Shown piece by piece: positions 1 to 8,536 of a stretch of DNA of 64,000 nt. Positions within the stretch are counted from its first letter, which is position 1, and each line of letters begins with the position of its first letter. The notes beneath the pieces were generated by a model, which saw nothing but the letters and a program-made list of their open reading frames with translations, was not told where the DNA came from and searched no databases. The stretch is from a bacterium (GTDB lineage: Bacteria; J088; JAWLBW01): the NCBI GenBank assembly GCA_041690355.1, contig JAWLHK010000002.1, positions 124,001-188,000 of the forward strand, read 5' to 3'. Both the position numbers and the translations under genes were made by a program.

Positions 1-476
1 TGCATGCGCGCGAACGGCGCCTCGGCCGCCCGCGGTTTCGCGGCCGCACGGCGCGACGTAGCGGTTTGCGCCCGGGGCGCGTCGTCTTCTACGCCGGTCA
101 CGAACAGGGGAACGGCAGGCGGCGGGGATACGGGGGCCTCGGGGCGCACCGCGCCGGTCGCCGCGCGCACAGCCTTTGCAGCCGGCTTACGTATCGCGGG
201 CTTGCCGGGCTTTCCGGGCTTGACTGCCTTTCGTGCGGCCCTGGTCGTCTTCTTCGGGGCGGGCGCGGCGGCGGGCTCCGGCTTCGGCGCGGTTCGCGCG
301 CGGGCGGTCTTGTCGGTGCGGCCTGACGACGTTTTGCGCTCGGTCGCGGCCTTTCGGGCAGCGTCGGCCCCCTGGATCGTGGGGTCGAGACTCAACAGCC
401 GCATCGACGGGGTCGACGCGGTGCGCGCGAACGGATCATTGCCGAGGGCGGTACGGGCCGCCGACTTTTTCGCCAT
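1..476 (-). CDS. 5' part of a gene running off the left edge; Lys/Ala/Pro-rich low-complexity N-terminus (MAKKSAARTALGNDPF...)
   Basis: ATG at 476 on the minus strand; the frame reads open to position 1. It is absent from the ORF track because there is no stop in the window. The N-terminal LGNDPF recalls myxobacterial lipid acyltransferase N-termini (from memory, unverified). Confidence 0.6.
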   Translation of the reverse strand, partial: MAKKSAARTALGNDPFARTASTPSMRLLSLDPTIQGADAARKAATERKTSSGRTDKTARARTAPKPEPAAAPAPKKTTRAARKAVKPGKPGKPAIRKPAAKAVRAATGAVRPEAPVSPPPAVPLFVTGVEDDAPRAQTATSRRAAAKPRAAEAPFARM

Positions 477-535
477 GCGTACATGCTAGCAAAGACGGTG
501 CGTTTTCGCACAGGAATCTGTATGATATCCGCAGC

Positions 536-2608
536 ATGTACGCCCTCCCGCTCTCTCTTCACGTCGAGCCCGGTCTGGTCGGCGTGCGCCTGCTGGTCTG
601 CCGCAAGGAGTGGTCGAACGGCGAGTTCGACGCCCGGCGGTTCGCCCTGCGCAGCGGCGATGTGGAATATGCCGCACTCTCGCTGCGGACGCCGCTCGAA
701 CCCTGGGTTCCCCTGACGGTCCGGCTTGAATTTCCCGTCCCCCACGTCGGCGGCACGCTGGCGCTCAAGCACAACCGCGGCCTGCTCGCCCGGCCCGAAT
801 GGTTTCCCCTGCACGCGGCGTCGACCGCGGTCGCCGACGAAGAGACGGCCGTGCGGGCGCTCGAGTCTGAGTGCGAGGCGGCCTGGCTGGCCCGCGCGGC
901 GGAACTCGATGCCGAGTTCCGCCCCAACGCCTGGCGGCGCGGCGAAGGGCTGCTGAACGACGCGGTGCGCCTGGTCGAGCGCTACCTGCACGCACACGCC
1001 GGTGACGCCCGGGCCGCCGCGCTGCGCGAATGCCTCCGGCTCAAGAAGGGGCTCGTGCGCGCCCTCCGGGCCGGCGACTGGCTGCAGGCCGAACGGCTGA
1101 ACGACGCGATCCTCCGCCTTCAGCCTGACTGGCAGGGCCCGCGGCCCGATGCCGATCAGGCGCTCGATGATGCCGAACGGGCCCTGCGTGCGGGCCTGCT
1201 CGAAGTGGCCGAAGCGCGGCTTCGCGACGCTTACGCCGCCGGGGTGCGCCGGGCCGAGGCGGCCCTGCTGCTCGCCCGGATCCATGCGGCCTGGGGGCGC
1301 GACCGGGGCGCCGCAGCCGACTGGTACCTGCGCTATTTCGAAGAGGGCGGGGTGTGGGAAGGGGTCGCCGACGAGACCGCCTCCGTCATCGATTCCCTCG
1401 GCGACGCAGGCCACGCGGCCCGCGGGCGTCTGCTCACGCTTCTCGGCGAGCGACTCATCGACAGCCCCGGCGAGGCCGAGCTTATCGCGCTCGTGCACGA
1501 ACTGGCCGAGACGCAGTCGGCGGGCGGTTTCGACGTCACCGAAGACTTTCTCCTGCTCTGGGCGGGGTACGAGCGTTCCTTTGAACACCAGATTGCCGTC
1601 GACCGCCGGGTCGATCGGACGATCGTCGGCCGGCTCGAACGATTGCATGCCCGGCTGGGCAACACCGGCGACTGGATCCGCGTCCGCCGCCAGCTCGCCG
1701 ACTTCGAGCCGGCGCGCGAGAGCCATCGCGTCGAGCTTGCGCGGCTGCTGCGCACGGCCGGCCGGGCAGAAGCCGAAACCGCGGCCTGGATGGCCCTGGT
1801 TCTTTCCAGCCCGCTCGAGATCGCCTGGCTCGATGAACTGGCGTCGGCGGCCGCGCGCGCCGATCTCGAACGTCTTGCCCTGCGCGCCGGGGTGTTGGCC
1901 GCATGGCTGCGGGGGGCCGAGGGGCCCGAAGAGCCGCCGCCGTCGCGCTCGGTGCCCGTCCGTCTCGTCGTGCATCCGGAGATCCGGCCACTGCTTCCTG
2001 CGCTCGCGCCCGGTCGCGGCGCCCAGAGCGAGGCCGCCGTGGTCATGCGCACCGTCGAGCTGCTGACTGAGCCGCCGGACGAAGAGGGGTGGAAGCGACT
2101 CCAGCAGTTCGCGGCCCGCCTCGAGCTGGTACCGGCGCTCGATTCGGCCTTCGCGGTCTCATCCCGCCGCGCTCCCGAGCCGGTCGAACCGTTGGCGGTT
2201 GCCGCCACCGTGAGTCTCGACCGCTGGACGCTGCTGCAGGCCGGCGGCTGGGTGCGCGGTATTCACGCGGTCGATCCGGGCCTGCGCGACTGGAGCGAAT
2301 TCGCGGGCCTTGCGGCGGCGCAGGCCGGGGCTGTGCGGCACCGGATCGAAGAGCTGGCCCGGTTCTACCTGAGCCGCCTGTGGGACGACGAGCGCGAAGA
2401 GTGGCTGGCCTATCCCGAAGAGCCGTCGGCCGACCTGCTCGAGGCCGTCTATCTGCGCGGCTTTCCGGGCTGGAGCACGCGCACGTTTCTCGAAGACGTC
2501 CGGCGCCGGCAGCGCATCGGACCCGGAGCGTGGCGCGACCTGCAGATGACCGTGCTGCGTTTTCTGCGGCTCGAGCCCGGACTCCCTTCGCAGCCGACCG
2601 AGTTCTGA
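536..2608 (+). CDS. Hypothetical alpha-helical/TPR-like protein
   Basis: Long ORF (233..2608); likely start ATG 536 just after TATGAT at 521-526. Ala/Leu/Glu/Arg-rich helical repeats (AEARLRDAY...AALLLARIH...AADWYLRY). Confidence 0.65.
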   Translation: MYALPLSLHVEPGLVGVRLLVCRKEWSNGEFDARRFALRSGDVEYAALSLRTPLEPWVPLTVRLEFPVPHVGGTLALKHNRGLLARPEWFPLHAASTAVADEETAVRALESECEAAWLARAAELDAEFRPNAWRRGEGLLNDAVRLVERYLHAHAGDARAAALRECLRLKKGLVRALRAGDWLQAERLNDAILRLQPDWQGPRPDADQALDDAERALRAGLLEVAEARLRDAYAAGVRRAEAALLLARIHAAWGRDRGAAADWYLRYFEEGGVWEGVADETASVIDSLGDAGHAARGRLLTLLGERLIDSPGEAELIALVHELAETQSAGGFDVTEDFLLLWAGYERSFEHQIAVDRRVDRTIVGRLERLHARLGNTGDWIRVRRQLADFEPARESHRVELARLLRTAGRAEAETAAWMALVLSSPLEIAWLDELASAAARADLERLALRAGVLAAWLRGAEGPEEPPPSRSVPVRLVVHPEIRPLLPALAPGRGAQSEAAVVMRTVELLTEPPDEEGWKRLQQFAARLELVPALDSAFAVSSRRAPEPVEPLAVAATVSLDRWTLLQAGGWVRGIHAVDPGLRDWSEFAGLAAAQAGAVRHRIEELARFYLSRLWDDEREEWLAYPEEPSADLLEAVYLRGFPGWSTRTFLEDVRRRQRIGPGAWRDLQMTVLRFLRLEPGLPSQPTEF

Positions 2609-2651
2609 GGCCTTTGACCGGAGGCCGACAAGCGGGCACACTGGAAGCGCT

Positions 2652-3512
2652 ATGGCCCCCGTTCTGAATTCCCCCCCGCCCCGGGTAAAACGCGGCGCGA
2701 CCCGTCCGGCTGACGCGCGGCCGATCGTCAAGTGGGTCGGCGGCAAACGGCAGCTGTTGGATGAGCTCCTGTCGAGAATGCCCGCGCGGTGGAACCGCTA
2801 TTTCGAGCCGTTCGCCGGCGGCGCGGCGCTCTTTTTTCAACTGGAACCGGCGCCGGCGTTTCTCTACGATCGCAATGAGGAACTGGTGCGCACCTACGCG
2901 GCCGTCCGGGACCGCCTCCCGGAGCTCGCGGCCCTGCTCTCCGGGTATCCGCACGACAGGGAATTCTTCTACCGCATCCGCGCACTCGACCCGCGCACGA
3001 TGACCGACGTCGAGGCGGCGGCCCGCTTTCTGTACCTGAATCGTACCTGCTTCAACGGCCTGTACCGGGTGAACAGCAAAGGGCAGTTCAACGTGCCGTT
3101 CGGCCGCTACGCCAATCCCCGCATCTGCGACGTGCCCCGGCTCGAGGCGGCCGCGGCCGCCCTGCGGGAGACGGCGTTGGCGAGCGGAGACTTTGAGCTC
3201 GCCCTGGCTGAGGCGCAAAGCGGAGACTTCCTGTATTTCGACCCCCCCTACGTCCCGCTCCCGAGCGCGAAGAGCTTCACCGCATATACGGCCTGCGACT
3301 TCGGCGACGGAGATCAGCAGCGGCTGGCCGCCGCGTTTGCCGCGCTCGACCGCCGCGGCTGCCGGGTCATGCTCTCCAACAGCGATACGCCGCGCGTCCG
3401 GGAGCTGTATGCCGGGTTCCGCATCGACCGGGTGACCGCCGCGCGCAAGGTGAATTCGCGCGTCGACGGGCGGGGGCCCGTCGACGAAGTCATCGTTCGC
3501 AACTACAGCTGA
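2652..3512 (+). CDS. dam: DNA adenine methyltransferase, Dam/D12 family
   Basis: Motifs KWVGGKRQL, YFEPFAGGAA (SAM binding), LNRTCFNGLYRVN and catalytic DPPY. Confidence 0.92.
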   Translation: MAPVLNSPPPRVKRGATRPADARPIVKWVGGKRQLLDELLSRMPARWNRYFEPFAGGAALFFQLEPAPAFLYDRNEELVRTYAAVRDRLPELAALLSGYPHDREFFYRIRALDPRTMTDVEAAARFLYLNRTCFNGLYRVNSKGQFNVPFGRYANPRICDVPRLEAAAAALRETALASGDFELALAEAQSGDFLYFDPPYVPLPSAKSFTAYTACDFGDGDQQRLAAAFAALDRRGCRVMLSNSDTPRVRELYAGFRIDRVTAARKVNSRVDGRGPVDEVIVRNYS

Positions 3513-3525
3513 GGCTCCCGTGCGC

Positions 3526-3960
3526 TCAGGTCAGCGGCGCGCGCATCAGCACGGTCCCCGACTGCATGCCGACGACCGTCCGGTAGCGATGCAGCGCGTC
3601 GGGTGGCAGGGCGATCTCCTTCTCGATGCGCCCGCTCGCCGGAACCGGAAGCGGTTCGGTCTGCCAGGAATGTCCCGCCTGCGCGTTGAAAAGGTGGATC
3701 TCGAGGGGGCCCTCGTCCGGGGCGAGCCCGCGCGCCTCGATGCGCAGGCGGGGGGTGCTGCCCAGATCGACGATGCGCATTTCGACCGTGACTCGGCCTG
3801 CGCTGCGGCTCGCCAGAAACCGCTCCTCGGCCGGCTCTTCCCACGGCCTGAAGGAGTCGCGGCTCGTGAAAATGCCGTACAGTACGATCATGAACAGAAA
3901 GGCGGCCGCGACCGAAAAGATCAGCGTGCCGAGCGGAGGAAAACGGCGGCTTGCGGGCAT
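3526..3960 (-). CDS. Hypothetical membrane-anchored protein
   Basis: N-terminal TM segment (LGTLIFSVAAAFLFMIVLYGIF) followed by a beta-rich soluble domain. Confidence 0.65.
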   Translation of the reverse strand: MPASRRFPPLGTLIFSVAAAFLFMIVLYGIFTSRDSFRPWEEPAEERFLASRSAGRVTVEMRIVDLGSTPRLRIEARGLAPDEGPLEIHLFNAQAGHSWQTEPLPVPASGRIEKEIALPPDALHRYRTVVGMQSGTVLMRAPLT

Positions 3961-4139
3961 GCCTCAGTCTGAGACCGCGCCGCTGAACGGCGCAAGCTCG
4001 AGGGCCCGGCGTCCCGGCAGCCTCCGGGCAGCCTCTGTGGGCCCGGAGCGCCCCGGAAACAGCGTAGGGCGCAGGCTATACTTGCGGCGCACACGGTTCC
4101 GACCGTTTCGGGAGATCTCCCGGTCTGGTACGATCACGT

Positions 4140-4625
4140 ATGCTTGAAAAGCCGCGATTACGCGTTCTGAACGGCGGACGGTACCGGGAGTTGCGCCTGG
4201 GCGCGATGCGGGTCGTCGTGTCTGAAAGCGGATTCGGGCGCCCCGATGCGATTGCGCGCGAAGCCGCGCAGACGTTTGCCGAGCGCCGTGGTCTTGCGGA
4301 CCAACGGGTGGTCGTCGTGCCGCACACGCCGGTCGAGTTGCATCTGGTGGTCGCCGATCGGGAGGCGCGGCTGCGTCCCGGATGGATCGAGCCCGCCTGG
4401 CACGCGGCGTTCGGCGAGGCAGAGCGGTTGCGTCTTTCGCTTCTGGTCGCTCCGCCGGTCGGCTGCGCATCGGGCGCCTCACTCGACGCAGCGCTGGCTG
4501 CGCTCGGATCGGTCGTTGCCTTCGGCGGTTACCGGTATCCTCGCGCCCTTGAAATCGTCTGCAGCGGTCACGCTGAAGCGGCCTTTCTGACGTTGAAGCG
4601 GTATGCGCATCCTGTACGCCACTGA
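4140..4625 (+). CDS. Hypothetical protein, degenerate macro-domain-like
   Basis: ATG 4140 preceded by TGnTACGAT. Segment LHLVV...WIEPAWHAAFGEAERLRLSLLVAPPVGCASG resembles the macro-domain C-terminal pattern (IHAV...AY.sAL..A...gl.SIAFPaIGtG). Overlaps the next gene by 23 nt. Confidence 0.55.
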   Translation: MLEKPRLRVLNGGRYRELRLGAMRVVVSESGFGRPDAIAREAAQTFAERRGLADQRVVVVPHTPVELHLVVADREARLRPGWIEPAWHAAFGEAERLRLSLLVAPPVGCASGASLDAALAALGSVVAFGGYRYPRALEIVCSGHAEAAFLTLKRYAHPVRH

Positions 4626-6261
4626 CATTCACGCGGCCAAAAGCGACCTCGAGTCGCTGCTCGAGCTGACTTCGGCGGATGTCTACCTGATTGCCGGCGA
4701 TCTCATTTACTCCACCTTCTACGCCCAGAAGAATCTGATCGCTTTCTTCGAGCTGCAGGAAGAGATGCGCGCCCGCCGGATCGCGGCCGGCCGCGAAGAC
4801 ATCAACCTGAAGGAGTTCGCCCAGGAGCGGCTCATGCGCGGCCCCGTGGGTCCCGAGCGCACCGAGCTGCTCGAGTTTCTGCGCCTGTGCGAGCTCGCAG
4901 AGAAGAACGTCGTCACCAAATACCAGGGGCTCGAGAACATCCTGCGCCTCAAGCGCCGCGCCGCCGTGTACACGATTCCCGGAAACTACGACGTCGACCT
5001 CAGCACCACGGCATTGGGCTACCGCAGTCTGCACCGGCGCGAAGTCGAGATCCAGGGGCTCAGAATCGCGGGGTACGGCGGCGCCAACTGCTGGACGCCA
5101 GGGATTCCGGAACACCTCTCCGTCAAATTCCCCGAGAAGCGGGCCGGCCGCCAGCTCATCAGCGAACCGGCCGATTTCTTCCGCCAGGTGCGGCCGCAGA
5201 TCATGCTCGTGCACAATCCGCCGCAGGGATTTCATGACCGCCTACGCGGATTCGGCAACGTCGGCAGCCCCGGGCTGCGCGACGTCGTCGACGATGTACC
5301 CGAAATCCAGGTGGTTCTCAGCGGTCACGTCCACGAAGACTGGGGGGTGCGGGCCTACGACGGCAAGATTCTCTGCAATCCGTCGAACTTCGGCGAGGTC
5401 GTCGACGCCAACGGTTACCTCGAGGGGGGCGCGTTCTTCGAGTTCGACATGGTTGGTGGCCGCTTCAAGCGCGGCATGCTGCGTAAGCTGGAGCGTTCGC
5501 GCATCTACGACCTGGCCGAGTACCACCTCGTGGGCGACCGGTTGCTCACCGAAGTGATCGACGTGCGCCGCGTCGAGGCGCTCAGCAACCGCAAGCCGTA
5601 CGTCGAGTCGGTGAAGGGAAAGCCGGATCCGCACATCCCCGAGATCATGCTCTTCAACAAGCTCAAGTTCTACTTCCGCCGCTTCGAGACGGGCGAGGCC
5701 GAGCAGCGTGTCGAAGACATGCGCCAGGTGGTCGAGGCGCTCGCCGCCGAGGGGTACCAGGTGGCGTTCGACATCCTCGGGAGCGTGAACTTCGGCATCA
5801 GCGATGCCGCAAGCGATCTCGACGTCGTCGCCTACACCTACGTGGGCAAGGCGACCATCAAGCCGCTGGCCCGCGAGGCGTTTTCGAAGATCATCGGGAA
5901 CAAGTACAAGGTCGAAGTGACCGACGTCATCGATTTGAATACGGTCCGCGAGTCCATCCTGCACCAGAACGCAGATTGCGACGAAACGCAGCGCTTCGTG
6001 TTCTACCGGGCCATCGGGCGCCCCGTGAACCTGCGCCTGCTGCGGCAGTTCGACGATCTGCTCGAACGCAATGAAGATTATCGCCGGTCGGTCGAGTCGG
6101 CGGTGCGCGAATACATCAAAGTGCTGGTCGGCACGAGCAGCCAGAAGACGTCGCTGCGCAAGTATGAGAGCCGGCTGCGCGATCTGGGCACGCACATCGC
6201 GCCGCACATCGAGAAGAAGATCCGCGAGTATCTCAACCTCGAGATCGCGATGGGCTCCTGA
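4603..6261 (+). CDS. Calcineurin-like metallophosphoesterase fused to a C-terminal Pol-beta-type nucleotidyltransferase domain
   Basis: MPE motifs TDIH, AGDL, PGNYD, VHNPP, SGHVH. NTase signature LGSVNFGISDAASDLDVV (GS at 5779-5784, DLD at 5815-5823), plus a later acidic strand EVTDVID. Confidence 0.85.
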   Translation: MRILYATDIHAAKSDLESLLELTSADVYLIAGDLIYSTFYAQKNLIAFFELQEEMRARRIAAGREDINLKEFAQERLMRGPVGPERTELLEFLRLCELAEKNVVTKYQGLENILRLKRRAAVYTIPGNYDVDLSTTALGYRSLHRREVEIQGLRIAGYGGANCWTPGIPEHLSVKFPEKRAGRQLISEPADFFRQVRPQIMLVHNPPQGFHDRLRGFGNVGSPGLRDVVDDVPEIQVVLSGHVHEDWGVRAYDGKILCNPSNFGEVVDANGYLEGGAFFEFDMVGGRFKRGMLRKLERSRIYDLAEYHLVGDRLLTEVIDVRRVEALSNRKPYVESVKGKPDPHIPEIMLFNKLKFYFRRFETGEAEQRVEDMRQVVEALAAEGYQVAFDILGSVNFGISDAASDLDVVAYTYVGKATIKPLAREAFSKIIGNKYKVEVTDVIDLNTVRESILHQNADCDETQRFVFYRAIGRPVNLRLLRQFDDLLERNEDYRRSVESAVREYIKVLVGTSSQKTSLRKYESRLRDLGTHIAPHIEKKIREYLNLEIAMGS

Positions 6262-6263
6262 GC

Positions 6264-6434
6264 ATTGACGATTGACGATTTACAATTGACGATTGGGAAG
6301 CAAGGGCCAGGCAACCAGGCGCCAGACGCCATGCGTCCTTTCCGGCGAATGGTCAATCGACTTCCGTCGGGCACAAAAGCACTTTTTGGACACGACGATC
6401 GTAAATCGTAATCGCAAATCGTAAATTGTAAATC
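6264..6434. repeat. Inverted pair of heptanucleotide tandem-repeat tracts between convergent genes
   Basis: Left arm ATTGACG ATTGACG ATTTACA ATTGACG ATT (6264-6294). Right arm ATCGTAAATCGTAATCGCAAATCGTAAATTGTAAATC (6398-6434) is an imperfect reverse complement of it. Confidence 0.75.
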
Positions 6435-6448
6435 CTGTCACTGGTCAC

Positions 6449-7972
6449 TCAACGAAGCGAGCGCAGCTTGTTGACGGCGCCCTTGCGGTAGAGCAGGTTG
6501 AGCATCTTCTTCAGCGCGCCGTAGCCGCCGCGCGGATACGGAAACCAGGTCAGCTCGCCCCGCAGTCCGAAGCGATCGACGGCAACCGACTTGACCTTGC
6601 TGAATTCACGCAGCCCTTCTTTGCCGTGCGTGCGGCCCATGCCGCTTTCCTTGACGCCGCCGAAGGGGAGCCCCGGCATGGCGAAGTTGACGAGGCAGTC
6701 GTTCACGGCCACGCACCCCGAGTCGATGCGCTCTTCGGCGATGTGGCGCGCGCGCTCCTCGTTGCGGCTCCAGATGCTCGCGTTGAGGCCGTAGACGCTG
6801 TCGCCGGCGAGGCGGATGGCCTCTTCGTCGTCACGCACTTTCATGATGGGAAGCACGGGGCCGAAGGTCTCTTCGCGCATGACCAGCATGCCGTGATTGA
6901 CGTCGACGAGCACCGTCGGTTCGAAGAACAGACCCCCGAAATCGGTGCGCCGCTTGCCGCCGGCGAGAATCCGGGCCCCCTTGGCCACGGCGTCGGCGAT
7001 GTGCGCCTCGACGATGTCGAGCTGGCGGCGGAAGGTCATCGAGCCGATTTCGGTTTTCGGATCGGTGTGCAGCCCCTGTCGTATCTGGGCCGTGCGCTGG
7101 AGCACTTTGGAGACGAACTCGTCGTAAACCCTCTCGTTGACGTAGGCCCGTTCGACGCTCATGCAGACCTGGCCGCTGTTCGTGAAGGCCCCCCAGACCG
7201 CGCCGGCCGCGGCGCGATCGATGTCGGCGTCGGCGAGCACGATCATCGGATCCTTGCCCCCGAGTTCGAGCACGACGGGGGTCAGGGTTTCGGCTGCCGT
7301 GGCCATGATCTTCTTTCCCGTGCCCACGCTTCCGGTGAAGGCAATCTTGTCGACGCCGCTGCGCACCAGGTGCGCGCCCGTACTGCCGTCGCCGGTGACG
7401 ACCTGCAGGATGTCGCGGTGCTCGCCCATGGAAGCGAAGATTTCGCCGAGAATCAGCCCCGTATGCGGCGTGACTTCGCTCGGTTTCAATACGACCGTGT
7501 TGCCCGCGTAGAGGGCCGTGAAGGCGGGGCCCGCCGCGAGCGTGAACGGATAGTTCCACGGCGAGATGACCCCGATGACACCGTAGGGGGAATAGATTTT
7601 GTACGCTTTCTTGTTCTTCAGGAGTCCGGGCGACACCCGGCGCGGCGCGAGCACCCGCTCGGCCACCCCGGCGTAGTACTCTGCGAGGTCGCAGGCGGTG
7701 ATGACGTCGGCGCTGAGGGCCTCGACACGCGATTTTCCGGTCTCGCTGCAGATGACGTCGACAATCTCGTCGGCGCGGGCGGCAATGCGGTCGACGACCT
7801 TCTCGAGATGGCGCACCCGTTCGCGCACCGGGAGCCTGCCCCAGGTCTCGGCGGCAATTCGCGCTCGCCTCACGGCTGCCCGCACATCTTCTTCGCCGGC
7901 GACGGGCACCGAGCCGACGTGCTCGCCGGTGGCCGGACTGACGACGTGTATCTGTCTGTCTTCGATTTTCAT
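6449..7972 (-). CDS. NAD(P)-dependent aldehyde dehydrogenase
   Basis: ISPWNYP, LKPSE, FTGSVGTG, LELGGKDP, SGQVC (catalytic Cys), EETFGP, PFGGVKESG. Start taken at ATG 7972. Confidence 0.93.
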   Translation of the reverse strand: MKIEDRQIHVVSPATGEHVGSVPVAGEEDVRAAVRRARIAAETWGRLPVRERVRHLEKVVDRIAARADEIVDVICSETGKSRVEALSADVITACDLAEYYAGVAERVLAPRRVSPGLLKNKKAYKIYSPYGVIGVISPWNYPFTLAAGPAFTALYAGNTVVLKPSEVTPHTGLILGEIFASMGEHRDILQVVTGDGSTGAHLVRSGVDKIAFTGSVGTGKKIMATAAETLTPVVLELGGKDPMIVLADADIDRAAAGAVWGAFTNSGQVCMSVERAYVNERVYDEFVSKVLQRTAQIRQGLHTDPKTEIGSMTFRRQLDIVEAHIADAVAKGARILAGGKRRTDFGGLFFEPTVLVDVNHGMLVMREETFGPVLPIMKVRDDEEAIRLAGDSVYGLNASIWSRNEERARHIAEERIDSGCVAVNDCLVNFAMPGLPFGGVKESGMGRTHGKEGLREFSKVKSVAVDRFGLRGELTWFPYPRGGYGALKKMLNLLYRKGAVNKLRSLR

Positions 7973-8030
7973 CTGCGGCCTCGCGCCTTCGCCCCATGAG
8001 CCGGTTCGTGAAGTCGAACCGGCTTCCAGC

Positions 8031-8450
8031 CTAGCACGGCCCTCGCGAGCCCGGCAACGAGCTGGGGTGATTGTTTCGCCGGCGGTGCTCAATCTCCTCG
8101 TCCTGCAGCCGCTCGTACCGCCGGAACACACCCACGAGATCGTCGATCGAGAAGAAGACCATGCGGATGAATGCGGCCAGGATGACGACGAGAATACTGT
8201 TGAAGAACCAGTCGACCACCCATGCCCCCGCCCCCCAGTTCCAGGGCACGCGCAGCAGGCGGAAATCGAAGAGCGGCACCAGCACGAACGAAAGCCAGTG
8301 CGAAAGGCAGTACGGGCAGGTGAACAGATATCCCCGCCACGTTTCCTTGCCTCCCAGCCAGCGGCGGAACGGCGCGAACAGGCGCTCGTGCGTGATGGTA
8401 TTGGCGATGCACATCACGACGAGCGAGAGTAGAAGATACTTCGCCCACAT
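8031..8450 (-). CDS. Small membrane protein, DUF1360-like
   Basis: ITHERLFAPFR...LFTCPYCLSHW pattern with hydrophobic helices. Start ATG 8450. Confidence 0.7.
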   Translation of the reverse strand: MWAKYLLLSLVVMCIANTITHERLFAPFRRWLGGKETWRGYLFTCPYCLSHWLSFVLVPLFDFRLLRVPWNWGAGAWVVDWFFNSILVVILAAFIRMVFFSIDDLVGVFRRYERLQDEEIEHRRRNNHPSSLPGSRGPC

Positions 8451-8536
8451 GATGTCACGATCATGCCGCAGCTCGGGCGCGACGGGCCAGCGCGGGCGAT
8501 TTGAAAGCGAGAAGTCGCCGGTGCCGGCCGCCCGGC

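Noticed and set aside
4-489. 161-aa plus-strand ORF
   Set aside because: Shadow of the minus-strand Lys/Ala-rich gene starting at 476.
4000-4060. Short direct repeats (GGCAGCCTC x2, GGGCCCGG x2) in a divergent intergenic region
   Set aside because: Too short and GC-rich to distinguish from chance.
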